A DNA stretch of 43,842 bases, taken from positions 1 through 43,842 of IMG/VR virus record IMGVR_UViG_3300047313_000026; one strand, written 5' to 3'. This stretch comes from a virus. Lineage: Duplodnaviria > Caudoviricetes. The translations under genes were made by a program, and so were the position numbers. The stretch's first letter is position 1; each line of letters opens with the position of its first letter. Under the pieces are notes generated by a model, which did not search any database, was not told the origin of the DNA, and worked only from the letters and a program-made list of their open reading frames with translations. Shown piece after piece: positions 24,704 through 32,600 of the stretch.

Positions 24704-25143
24704 CTGCCACCGCCCGTCACGCGCGACCACAGGCGACGCAGCCAGCCCGGGCGCGAGAGCGGCGGCGGGAACAGGCCGGCGGCGACCTTGGCGCGCACCC
24801 TGTCCTGCCAGTCCGGGTCGGGCTGCGACGTCGACCCGACGAGGCGCAGCATGCTCTCGAGCCGGCGATCGCGGTAGGCCGGGAGGCCGTTGTCGCGGCG
24901 CACGATCGCGAGGCCCGCGAGGATCGGGGCCCAGAACTCCGCATCCGCCTCATCGCGAACCCGGGCGCTGATGCGATCCTGGTACGCGTCGAGATCGGCG
25001 GCCGTGAACTCGCGATAGGCGTCGAGCGTCATCTCGCCGACGCGGCCACGCAGAGACCGGTAGGTGCCGGTCCGGGCATTCGTGATCATGTAGGGCTCGG
25101 AGCCGATACCGAAGTACCAGCGGCCCTCGACGAGCCGGCTCAC
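24700..25143 (-). CDS. Hypothetical protein (147 aa)
   Basis: RBS GGAGG before GTG 25143. Confidence 0.6.
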   Translation of the reverse strand: MSRLVEGRWYFGIGSEPYMITNARTGTYRSLRGRVGEMTLDAYREFTAADLDAYQDRISARVRDEADAEFWAPILAGLAIVRRDNGLPAYRDRRLESMLRLVGSTSQPDPDWQDRVRAKVAAGLFPPPLSRPGWLRRLWSRVTGGGR

Positions 25144-25220
25144 GAGCGCCTCCACCAGCGGACGATCCAGAGGACGCCGAGCGCGTAGCAGAACAGGGCG
25201 ATGGGAAGCGCGTACGTCAC
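25140..25220 (-). CDS. 26-aa hydrophobic micro-protein MTYALPIALFCYALGVLWIVRWWRRS
   Basis: Not in ORF track; GTGA overlaps with both neighbours; single TM helix with basic tail. Confidence 0.6.
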   Translation of the reverse strand: MTYALPIALFCYALGVLWIVRWWRRS

Positions 25221-25444
25221 GGGATGCCCCCGCGATCGCGCAGCTCGGCGATCCACGCGGTCGCAGCCGCGTCGGGGTCGTAGACCGGTAGCGGCTCGGT
25301 GGCCACGCGGTCAGGCGAGGTGCCGAGCTTGATGACCTTGGCGTGGCCGCGACGAGCGGTGCGCTTGACGCCAGGCAGCCGGCGCAGCGCGCGATCGAAC
25401 GCGTCATCGTTCAGGCCGTCGGGTCCGTCGTCGAGACCCTTCAT
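25217..25444 (-). CDS. Hypothetical protein (75 aa)
   Basis: RBS GGAGG, ATGA coupling. Confidence 0.55.
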   Translation of the reverse strand: MKGLDDGPDGLNDDAFDRALRRLPGVKRTARRGHAKVIKLGTSPDRVATEPLPVYDPDAAATAWIAELRDRGGIP

Positions 25445-25647
25445 GGCGCCTCCAGGGCCGCATCGCGGAGGGCGTCAAGCGCGCGCTCGGCCTCATCGAG
25501 GGCGATACCGGCGAGGCGCTCGGCCTCGGACTCCGCCTTCTCCGCTGCGCGGCGGGCCTCGGTCGCACGCTCCTCGGCTTCGCGGGCCGTTTTCGCCGCG
25601 GCGCTGGCGCGACGGTACTCGGCCGCCGCTTCCTCGAGCCGGGTCAC
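25441..25647 (-). CDS. Small coiled-coil protein (68 aa)
   Basis: Ala/Glu/Arg heptads; operon tiling. Confidence 0.55.
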   Translation of the reverse strand: MTRLEEAAAEYRRASAAAKTAREAEERATEARRAAEKAESEAERLAGIALDEAERALDALRDAALEAP

Positions 25648-25648
25648 C

Positions 25649-25987
25649 TCAGGCCACCCGGTCGAGGTCAGCGCGGATGGGCGGGTTGGTCGCGAGGTAG
25701 GCCTCGAGCGAGCCCAGGGCGATACCGCCCCAGGTGACGGTGATCAGGTCGCGCGGGTACTCGGTGATCCGGCGCAGCGGGTGGTGATCGAGGTGGACCC
25801 CGACCGTGTGATCGGCGCCGACGTAGCGCACGGTCCCGGGCAGGCCGACCAGGCTGCGCACCGCGACGTGGCGCTCACAGAAGGCGACCGGGCGACCGCC
25901 AAGCTTGGCGACGAACACCGGAAATGTGGGCAGACGCAGGACAAGCGCGTAGACCGTCGGTCCACGCGAGGTGACGTTGTTCTCCAT
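25649..25987 (-). CDS. First gene of leftward early operon (112 aa)
   Basis: ATG 25987 lies 7 nt downstream of the predicted -10. Confidence 0.55.
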   Translation of the reverse strand: MENNVTSRGPTVYALVLRLPTFPVFVAKLGGRPVAFCERHVAVRSLVGLPGTVRYVGADHTVGVHLDHHPLRRITEYPRDLITVTWGGIALGSLEAYLATNPPIRADLDRVA

Positions 25988-25991
25988 GCCT

Positions 25992-26046
25992 TGAGTAATA
26001 CTCACGGCAGGGCGAGCGGTCAAGACTCAGATTTGAGTATCTCTCA
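25992..26046 (-). promoter_or_regulatory. PL promoter with two operators
   Basis: Minus strand TTGACC-17-TATTAC; dyads TGAG-TAATA-CTCA (25992-26004) and TGAG-TATCT-CTCA (26034-26046). Confidence 0.75.
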
Positions 26047-26205
26047 AGTCGTCGTCCTCTTTCGGCGAACCGGGCGGCGGCGCTCGCGGGATCGACGCGC
26101 TCGCCGCGCGAGGACCTCTACAACCGCGGCGACCAACGCGAGCCCCTCAGCATCGCCATCCAGCCGCTCGCCGATGCTCTTTACCGCCGGTTGTAAAGGC
26201 CGCAT
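26044..26205 (-). CDS. Possible small basic protein downstream of repressor (53 aa)
   Basis: MRPLQPAVKSIGERLDGDAEGLALVAAVVEVLARRARR...; fills the gap, no clear RBS. Confidence 0.3.
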   Translation of the reverse strand: MRPLQPAVKSIGERLDGDAEGLALVAAVVEVLARRARRSRERRRPVRRKRTTT

Positions 26206-26285
26206 TCGGATGCAGGCTCCCTCGGGGAGTCGGATCGCGCAAGCGGCATCCGCGAGATTTCCGCGGTAACACGTAAAACGAGGAT

Positions 26286-26651
26286 CTAACGCCGTGCGCC
26301 CGCGAGCAGTTGCTCGACGAGATTGTCGACGAGCGCACGCTGGTCATTCGTGAGATCCGGCCACCGGTGATTGATGCGGCGCAGGATCTCGTCGTTCGAC
26401 GTTTCCATTGAGGGCGGGGGCCAGCCGAGCTCGCGGTGAATCGCCGCGCGGAGCCGGCTGTTTTTGGTCCCGGATCGAAAGGCGACGGTCAGGGCGGATG
26501 GATCGCAGCCAATTCGCCTGGCCATTTCAGCCCTGCCGATCCCGGCCCGTTTCATCTCCGCTTTGACCTCGCGTCGCCACGCATCGTCGACGGGCCACGC
26601 CGTACCGGAGGGTCGCGTTTGCGGCGGCATCTGGGCGGGGTATTGGAACAT
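26286..26651 (-). CDS. Immunity repressor (CI-like, XRE HTH)
   Basis: EMKRAGIGRAEMARRIGCDPSALT HTH; divergent from Cro-like gene; no S24 peptidase domain. Confidence 0.75.
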   Translation of the reverse strand: MFQYPAQMPPQTRPSGTAWPVDDAWRREVKAEMKRAGIGRAEMARRIGCDPSALTVAFRSGTKNSRLRAAIHRELGWPPPSMETSNDEILRRINHRWPDLTNDQRALVDNLVEQLLAGARR

Positions 26652-26669
26652 GCGGTTCTTGAGAGGCAG

Positions 26670-26698
26670 TTGACAGATGCCGGTGAGATGTACTCAAT
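26670..26698 (+). promoter_or_regulatory. PR promoter with operator
   Basis: TTGACA at 26670; dyad TGAG-ATGTA-CTCA at 26684-26696 covers the -10 region. Confidence 0.75.
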
Positions 26699-26703
26699 GA
26701 GCC

Positions 26704-26922
26704 ATGGACCTATCAATCCGGATTGCTGCCTGGCGCAAGGCCAAGGGCCTCTCGCAGGCGGCGCTCGCGATAGCTGCGGGTGTGACGGTGTCGTCGGTTT
26801 CCCACTGGGAGACCGGCGACTGGGCGCCATCTCAGGCGCACCTCGCCGCCATCATTGACCGGATGGGCCTGTCGATGGCCCGCTTCTATGGTCGCGTGCC
26901 GCGCTCGCGGGCGGCTGCGTGA
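26704..26922 (+). CDS. Cro-like XRE HTH regulator (72 aa)
   Basis: WRKAKGLSQAALAIAAGVTVSSVSHWETGDWAPS canonical HTH_3. Confidence 0.88.
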   Translation: MDLSIRIAAWRKAKGLSQAALAIAAGVTVSSVSHWETGDWAPSQAHLAAIIDRMGLSMARFYGRVPRSRAAA

Positions 26923-26987
26923 ACTGCTCGGGTACAACGGGCGCGACCGTAAGTCGCGTCAGTGAATCTCGCAAACTGCGCGGGTGC

Positions 26988-27260
26988 TCAGTTCGGTACG
27001 CAGATGCAGGCGTCCGGATTCGTGTCGAACGGCATGCGTACCTCGCGCTCGCCGCCGGCGCATTGCGACGCGGGCGGCGGCACGGCGAGGCCGCACCACT
27101 GACGGCACACACCCTCGAAGCACAGCCCGCCCCACCACCGACTGCAGAGCTGGATCGCGTCGGAGTCGCAAGCCTCGCCGATCGCGAGCTGGTACGCCGG
27201 TGTCGCCGGCGGATCGGCGCACGCGGTCAAGAGCGCCAGGGCAATCAGGGTCGGCCGCAT
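26988..27260 (-). CDS. Cys-rich lipoprotein (90 aa)
   Basis: MRPTLIALALLTAC lipobox; 8 further Cys. Confidence 0.72.
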   Translation of the reverse strand: MRPTLIALALLTACADPPATPAYQLAIGEACDSDAIQLCSRWWGGLCFEGVCRQWCGLAVPPPASQCAGGEREVRMPFDTNPDACICVPN

Positions 27261-27269
27261 CGATCGCCC

Positions 27270-27521
27270 CTAGTTCGGCCCGCAGCCGGCGGCGCGAATC
27301 GCTGCCGCGCGCAGGTCCTCGCAGGCGGTGAACGACGCCGCGCACGCCGAGGTAGTGACCTCGCCCGTCGCCTTGCTCCTCGCCAAGAAGCACGCGCCGT
27401 CAAGGTCGGCATGGCACACGCCGAAGACGGCGGCGCAGTCGTCGCTGCCGGCGTCTGGCGCTGGCGACATCGGCTCGCTCGCGCACCCCACGCTCAGCAC
27501 AACCATCGCGATCCATCGCAT
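27270..27521 (-). CDS. Cys-rich lipoprotein (83 aa)
   Basis: MRWIAMVVLSVGC lipobox; 6 further Cys. Confidence 0.68.
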   Translation of the reverse strand: MRWIAMVVLSVGCASEPMSPAPDAGSDDCAAVFGVCHADLDGACFLARSKATGEVTTSACAASFTACEDLRAAAIRAAGCGPN

Positions 27522-27527
27522 GCGCCC

Positions 27528-27556
27528 AGCCTAAGGCCAGCGCGCGCCAACCGCAA
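27528..27556 (-). promoter_or_regulatory. Sigma70-type promoter for the lipoprotein pair (leaderless)
   Basis: TTGCGG-17 nt-TAGGCT-6 nt-ATG on minus strand. Confidence 0.55.
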
Positions 27557-27589
27557 CGCGCCGCACTTCGCGGCAGCCAGGAGCAACCC

Positions 27590-28369
27590 GTGAGCGAACT
27601 ATCTATCTCGAATCCCTCACTCGTTCGCGAGCTCCCCCGCGGCTTGCGGCTCGCCAAGGGAGCGCACAGCAACGCGGAGGACGGTATGTGTGCGATGGAG
27701 GCTGTCGCATGGGTCGCCGGCGAGCCGCACAGCGATCGCCCGCGGTGCGCTTCGCCGGTCCTCGGCGCGATCATGCGCGGACTCAATGACCGATTCACCG
27801 ACGACGAACGCCAGCTGCTCGCACCGCTGATCCCACGGCTGGTCGGCACCCGGGCATCGGCCGACATCGAGCGCAAGCGCGCGTACGTGATGGTCGACGC
27901 GGCGATCCGCGAGTTCGCGCCGATGGGGCTCGATGCGGTGAAGTGGACCGACCTCGCGGATCGGATGCGCGCGATCGCTCCAATCGTCGACATGGCCAGT
28001 GCGCAGTCAGCACTCACGATCTGTCGCGAGATCCGGTCGGCGGCTTCTGGTAGGAGGGGGGGCGCCGACGCCTACGCCGCCGCCGACGCCTACGCCTACG
28101 CCGCCGCCGCCGCCTACGCCGCCTACGCCGCCGCCTACGCCTACGCCGACGCCTACGCCTACGCCGCCGCCGCCTACGCCGCCTACGCCGCCGCCTACGC
28201 CTACGCCTACGCCTACGCCTACGCCGCCGCCGCCGCCGCCGCCGCCGCCGACGCCGACGCCGACAAACTAAGTCCGGAAGAACGCGCGCGCATCCGCTCG
28301 CTCGCCCGCCGCCCGATCGTCGAGGCCACCGTGCGCGCCTACGGGCGCGCGATCGCCATCGTGGCCTAG
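27590..28369 (+). CDS. Phage protein with GxH...CAMEAVAW...HSDRPxC domain and Ala/Tyr/Asp repeat
   Basis: RBS AGGAG; recognisable unannotated phage family. Confidence 0.75.
   Translation: MSELSISNPSLVRELPRGLRLAKGAHSNAEDGMCAMEAVAWVAGEPHSDRPRCASPVLGAIMRGLNDRFTDDERQLLAPLIPRLVGTRASADIERKRAYVMVDAAIREFAPMGLDAVKWTDLADRMRAIAPIVDMASAQSALTICREIRSAASGRRGGADAYAAADAYAYAAAAAYAAYAAAYAYADAYAYAAAAYAAYAAAYAYAYAYAYAAAAAAAAADADADKLSPEERARIRSLARRPIVEATVRAYGRAIAIVA
28064..28264 (+). repeat. In-frame GCC/TAC/GAC triplet microsatellite (about 200 bp)
   Basis: Only three codons used; encodes ADAYAAADAYAYAAAAAY...ADADAD. Confidence 0.92.
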
Positions 28370-28371
28370 TC

Positions 28372-29061
28372 ATGGCCGGTGACGATCTCCAACGCCGAGC
28401 GCTCGCGTCCGACCTGGCGCGCCGGCTCCAGCTCGCGAGCCTCGACGAGCTCTGCCTGATCGACGCCGCGCTGACCGCGATCGAGCAGGCTCGCAGCCTC
28501 CAGTGGGAGCGCAGGATCGCGACGGGCCCGGGCGACGTCGACCGTCTCTTCCATATCGCGACACCCAGGCCATCGCGCGGTGTCGTCGAGACCGGGTGCC
28601 GCGGATCATGGGCATTCGGAGACATGGTCGAGCGGCAGCCCAGCGTGCCGGTGGCCGAGCGATGCCTCGAGTGCTGGCGCGCTGTCGCCGATCACCCGAT
28701 CGCCGTTGGGCTGCTCGCCATTGTCGAGGATATCGTCGCGCGGGACATCGAGCGCGCGGAGCTACGAGAGGCCGCGCGGCGCGAGATGCTCGGCGAGGAT
28801 CTCGCGATCGCGGTCGAGCCCGCGCCGGCCTTTGCCCTGAGTCGTCGCACGCCCGAGGCACGGCGCGAGTACATCATGAACGCCGCGCAGGCCGGCGCGA
28901 TCACCATCGAGGTAGCCGAGCGGATGCTCGCAGCCGCCGATGCGTTCGACGCCGAGCTCACGCGCTCGAGCTCCGTCCCCGCACAGCTCGCGCTCGCGGA
29001 CGTTGACCAGCGCGAGCCGCACGAGATCGAGGTCGACGAGACCGGAGGCGAGAGTGGCTAA
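28372..29061 (+). CDS. Hypothetical protein (229 aa, H..C..CxxC)
   Basis: Operon tiling, codon bias. Confidence 0.6.
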   Translation: MAGDDLQRRALASDLARRLQLASLDELCLIDAALTAIEQARSLQWERRIATGPGDVDRLFHIATPRPSRGVVETGCRGSWAFGDMVERQPSVPVAERCLECWRAVADHPIAVGLLAIVEDIVARDIERAELREAARREMLGEDLAIAVEPAPAFALSRRTPEARREYIMNAAQAGAITIEVAERMLAAADAFDAELTRSSSVPAQLALADVDQREPHEIEVDETGGESG

Positions 29062-29215
29062 GCGATCGAATCCGTCGCGCAGCGTGCCGCACGCAGCCCC
29101 GTTCGGCGGGGGGGCGTCGACGGTATGCGTAGCCGGTCGGACTTCGCGGGATCGAGCACGCGGCGCCTCGAGCGACGAACGCGGAAGCGCGCCGAGTGGG
29201 AGGCCGACACGATGA
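29054..29215 (+). CDS. Possible small basic protein (53 aa)
   Basis: RBS GGAGG before GTG; stop overlaps methyltransferase ATG. Confidence 0.4.
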   Translation: MAKRSNPSRSVPHAAPFGGGASTVCVAGRTSRDRARGASSDERGSAPSGRPTR

Positions 29216-29799
29216 AGCGCGGCCGCATCGAGACCAACAACGGCGACACGATGCCCGATCGCACGCCGACCCCGAAGCCACCGCCGCTGCTGGTGCTCTA
29301 CCAGGACCTCGAGGACTCGCCGGCGCCCGAGCCGGTCTACGGCCAGTATCCGCGCGGCCTCATCAAGAAGATCCTGCCGTGGCTGCGCTGCGAGCGGCGT
29401 GAGGTTCTGCACGTCTGCAGCGGATCGCTGCCGCGCGGCGAGGGGATCCGCGTCGACATCCGGCCCGCCGCGCGACCCGACGTCCTCGCCGACGGACGCG
29501 CGCTGCCGATTGCCAGCGGATCGATCGCCGCGGTGATGATCGACCCGCCGTACTGCGAGGAGTACGCCCTATCGCTGTACGGGGTCGAGTACGCCCGGCC
29601 GTCGCACCTGCTGCGCGAGGCCGCGCGCGTCGTGCGACCGGGCGGGCGGATCGCGATCGTCCACTACATCACGCCATCGCCGGCGGCTGGCACGCGGTTC
29701 GTCAAGGCGTTCGGCCTGTCGATCGGATTCGACGCGCCGATGCGCGCGGTGTCGATCTACGAGCGCGACCAGGCCGAGCTCGCACTAGGTGTAGCGTGA
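29212..29799 (+). CDS. Small amino-methyltransferase (DPPY type, probable DNA N6-adenine/N4-cytosine)
   Basis: LHVCSGS motif I-like, RVDIRP, IDPPY, EAARVVRPGG; RBS GGGAGG. Confidence 0.8.
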   Translation: MKRGRIETNNGDTMPDRTPTPKPPPLLVLYQDLEDSPAPEPVYGQYPRGLIKKILPWLRCERREVLHVCSGSLPRGEGIRVDIRPAARPDVLADGRALPIASGSIAAVMIDPPYCEEYALSLYGVEYARPSHLLREAARVVRPGGRIAIVHYITPSPAAGTRFVKAFGLSIGFDAPMRAVSIYERDQAELALGVA

Positions 29800-30266
29800 A
29801 CCGCGACGCGCCCATGATGCGGCTCGAACTCGTGCCGATCTCGCGCGACGAGGCACAGGCCTTCGTGTCGCTCCACCACCGGACGCATGCGAAGCGGCCG
29901 CCGGGCTGGCGGTTCGGCGTCGGTGCCGCGTTCGACGCCGCGATCGTCGGCGTCGCGATGGTCAGCAACCCGAAGGCGCGCTTGCTCAATGACGGGTGGA
30001 CCGTCGAGGTCGCGCGCGTGTGCGTGCTCGAGGGCTACCCGAACGCATGCTCGATGCTCTACGCCGCGTGCTGGCGCGCGGCTCGCGCGCTGGGCTTTCG
30101 CAGGCTGGTGACGTACACGCTGCCGAGCGAGGGCGGCGCGTCGCTGCGCGGCGCCGGCTACACGCTCGTGGGTGAGGCAGGCGGCGGCTCGTGGTCGCGC
30201 CGCGAGCGACCGCGCGTCGACGATCACCCCACGCAGAAGAAGCTCCGATGGGAGCGTGCCGCTTGA
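29796..30266 (+). CDS. XF1762-family / Mom-like GNAT-fold DNA modification protein
   Basis: PISRDEAQAFVSLHHR, VGVAMV..PKAR.L.DG.TVEV.R, NACSMLY, TYTL..E.GASL.GAG. Confidence 0.82.
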   Translation: MNRDAPMMRLELVPISRDEAQAFVSLHHRTHAKRPPGWRFGVGAAFDAAIVGVAMVSNPKARLLNDGWTVEVARVCVLEGYPNACSMLYAACWRAARALGFRRLVTYTLPSEGGASLRGAGYTLVGEAGGGSWSRRERPRVDDHPTQKKLRWERAA

Positions 30267-30547
30267 CTTGGCAGTGGGCGTGCCTCGCGTGCAACGAGAC
30301 GTGGAGCTCGACGAGCCCCGCGGCGCACGCGTGCGCACAACCGCTCGAGGGACTCCGCGCGTTCTGGACGCACCGACTGCGGTGGGCGCCGAACCTCCAC
30401 GACAAACCCGAGGCGCAGATCCGCGCGCTGGTCTCGCGCCCCATCAACCGCGCGCTGCTCGTGGTGCTGCTCGGTGCATCGTGGGACCCGGCCGGCGACG
30501 ATGGCGCGCGGCTGCCAATCAACAGCCCGCGGGAGCTCGCGCAGTGA
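30263..30547 (+). CDS. Hypothetical protein (about 94 aa, CxxC; start uncertain)
   Basis: TTG overlaps upstream stop; stop overlaps next start. Confidence 0.45.
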   Translation: MTWQWACLACNETWSSTSPAAHACAQPLEGLRAFWTHRLRWAPNLHDKPEAQIRALVSRPINRALLVVLLGASWDPAGDDGARLPINSPRELAQ

Positions 30548-30801
30548 CCGCACCCGTGGGCGCGACGGTGCGGCTGTACGTCGACCTCGTCGCCGCGGTC
30601 GCGGTCGGCGACCTGATCGAGACGACCAGCGGCCGCCGCTACAACGTCGTGGACGTCCGAGTCCAGGCTCGCGGCAAGCACGCCGGCCGGCAGCACCTTC
30701 ACTGCCTCGTGGTGGAGCCCGGATGGTTGCCCGACCCGCCCGTCGGCACGCTGCACACGATCCGGTGGTACGCGCGCACGCCGAGCCGAGGCAGGCGCTG
30801 A
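30544..30801 (+). CDS. Hypothetical protein (85 aa)
   Basis: RBS GGGAG, coupled both ends. Confidence 0.55.
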   Translation: MTAPVGATVRLYVDLVAAVAVGDLIETTSGRRYNVVDVRVQARGKHAGRQHLHCLVVEPGWLPDPPVGTLHTIRWYARTPSRGRR

Positions 30802-31961
30802 TGGCCGGCCGCATCCGGACGATCAAGCCCGACCTCTTGGACCAAGAGCGGTTCGCGCAGCTCACTGACGCCGGCGTGCGGCTGTTCACGGGGTGCCTGG
30901 CATTGGTGGACGACGCGGGTGTGTGCCCGGCCGGCCCCACCTACTTGGGGGGCCGGATCTTCTACGCCAGGCCACGATCCCCCATCTCGATCGGCAAGCT
31001 GCTCGCCGAGCTCGAGCGCGCGCGGCTGGTCGATCTGTTCGTGGTGGACCTCGCTCACTACCTCGCGATCATAGGCTGGGCCGAAAAAGGGGCTCCAACC
31101 TACCAGCGGATCGACAAGCCGCAGGCGTCAAGATTTCCGCTACCTACGTCGGTTCGTTCGTGGAACGGAGTCGACGCTGGATCCGATCCGATCAGATCAG
31201 ATCCGAAAGGGAGTGAGCCCGCGCGCGCGATCGCTGGTGTGGCACCAGGGCACGAACCACCACCACCACCACCACCACCACCAGTGACGCCAGTGGCTGC
31301 CCCGCGTCATGCAATTGTCCCCGCCGTGCCCCCGCCGGCGCCGTCACGCGAGGACACTGCGAGGACACACGCCGCGCCCTACGACCACACCGACGACCGC
31401 TCGCGCGGGCGGCTCGCTGAGGCGACCTACCAGCGCGTGAGCGACGCCCGGGTCGCGCTGGCCGTCGAGCTCCGGCTCCCCGCCCAGCTGCCGTTCCCGC
31501 CGGTCACTCCGAGCTCGAGAGGGCGCGCGTTCGTCGACTTGCTCGACCGCGTGCGCGAGGAGGGCCCCGGCGCACCGGCCGCGTGTGACCGCGTCGTCGC
31601 GAGCCTGATCGCTCAGGCGCGCGAGACTCGCGGGCCTGAGGCGCTCGAGTGGCTTTCGCAGAAGGCTTTCGGCTCCGGCGCGTGGGCGACTGCTCGAGAG
31701 CGCGTTCCAGGCGCGAAGCGATCGCGACCAGGCGCGAGGCCCGAGCCGGTCGCGGCGAGAGCGCCGGTGCCGACCGCGCGCGAGACCCGTGAGACCGCGC
31801 CCCTGCAGGTCTCGACGCTCACGCCCGAGGAGCGGATCGCGGCGGCTGCGGCGGACCGCGAGCTGCTCGCGCAGCTGCTCGGCGAGGCGCGCGCACCGCC
31901 GGCGAGCTCGAGTCCGACCCCCGACCAGCAACCCCAATCCCGACCAAAGGCAGCGACATGA
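30801..31961 (+). CDS. Replication initiator / replisome organiser (386 aa)
   Basis: MAGRIRTIKP...DDAG...QRIDKPQAS N-terminal domain of phage initiators; low-complexity linker. Confidence 0.78.
   Translation: MAGRIRTIKPDLLDQERFAQLTDAGVRLFTGCLALVDDAGVCPAGPTYLGGRIFYARPRSPISIGKLLAELERARLVDLFVVDLAHYLAIIGWAEKGAPTYQRIDKPQASRFPLPTSVRSWNGVDAGSDPIRSDPKGSEPARAIAGVAPGHEPPPPPPPPPVTPVAAPRHAIVPAVPPPAPSREDTARTHAAPYDHTDDRSRGRLAEATYQRVSDARVALAVELRLPAQLPFPPVTPSSRGRAFVDLLDRVREEGPGAPAACDRVVASLIAQARETRGPEALEWLSQKAFGSGAWATARERVPGAKRSRPGARPEPVAARAPVPTARETRETAPLQVSTLTPEERIAAAAADRELLAQLLGEARAPPASSSPTPDQQPQSRPKAAT
31180..31204 (+). repeat. Five tandem GATC(C/A) pentamers in initiator linker, candidate ori element
   Basis: GATCC GATCC GATCA GATCA GATCC. 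Confidence 0.7.
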
Positions 31962-32224
31962 ATACCAAGTTCCGCAAGAAGCCAGTCGTCATCGAGGCAT
32001 GGCAGTACGCAGGACCGGAATCGCACGACGCGATCGACATCGCGCGGTGGTGCGGCGGCGTGATTCGCGTCTCGACATCCGGCCCACCCGTGTTCGTCAT
32101 CGCGACGCTGGAGGGCAATCACACCGCGAGTCCCGGCGACTGGATCATCCGCGGCGTCCAGGGCGAGTTCTACCCCTGCAAGCCGGACATTTTCGAGGCG
32201 ACCTACGAGCCGGTCGAGGGCTAG
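31958..32224 (+). CDS. Conserved phage protein (KFRKKPVVIEA...TLEG...PGDWII.GV.GEFYPCKPDIF)
   Basis: Very widespread 88-aa phage family of unknown function. Confidence 0.85.
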   Translation: MNTKFRKKPVVIEAWQYAGPESHDAIDIARWCGGVIRVSTSGPPVFVIATLEGNHTASPGDWIIRGVQGEFYPCKPDIFEATYEPVEG

Positions 32225-32225
32225 C

Positions 32226-32600
32226 GTGACGCGTATCGACCTCGACGAGCTCGAGCGCAAGGCGAGGGCCGCGACGCCGGGCCCATGGCAGACGACGTCG
32301 GCCAAAGGCACCGGCGCAGACGAGCGCATCGAAACGACGGTGGAGACCGAGGAGATGCACCAGATCGCGGACGCCTACGACGGCACGCGATGGACCGACG
32401 CGATGTGCGAGGCCAACGCGAAGCACATTGCCGCAAACAGCCCACCCGTGACGCTCGCGCCGATCGCGCGGATCCGCGAGCTCGAGGAGGCGGTCGACGA
32501 TGCGCTGAATTCAGGAATCTACTTGGCCTTCACCGACGACGGCATCGAGCGGCGGGCTTGGCTGCGTGAGCTCCTCGAGAAAGGCGCGGTGCTGGCGTGA
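32226..32600 (+). CDS. Ead/Ea22-like protein
   Basis: DLDELERKARAATPGPW...NAKHIAANSP...RIRELE. Confidence 0.75.
   Translation: MTRIDLDELERKARAATPGPWQTTSAKGTGADERIETTVETEEMHQIADAYDGTRWTDAMCEANAKHIAANSPPVTLAPIARIRELEEAVDDALNSGIYLAFTDDGIERRAWLRELLEKGAVLA

Noticed and set aside
28064-28264. DGR variable region (TAC, GAC and GCC are all reachable from AAC) or CRISPR array
   Set aside because: No reverse transcriptase or template repeat in the complete genome; no repeat-spacer alternation; slippage explains it
28014-28625. Poly-Arg and poly-Pro/Thr ORFs
   Set aside because: Alternative-frame readings of the GCC/TAC microsatellite
29108-29114. G7 tract as phase-variation switch for the methyltransferase
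   Set aside because: The MTase has its own GGGAGG RBS and coupled ATG at 29212, so no shift is needed; the tract is short
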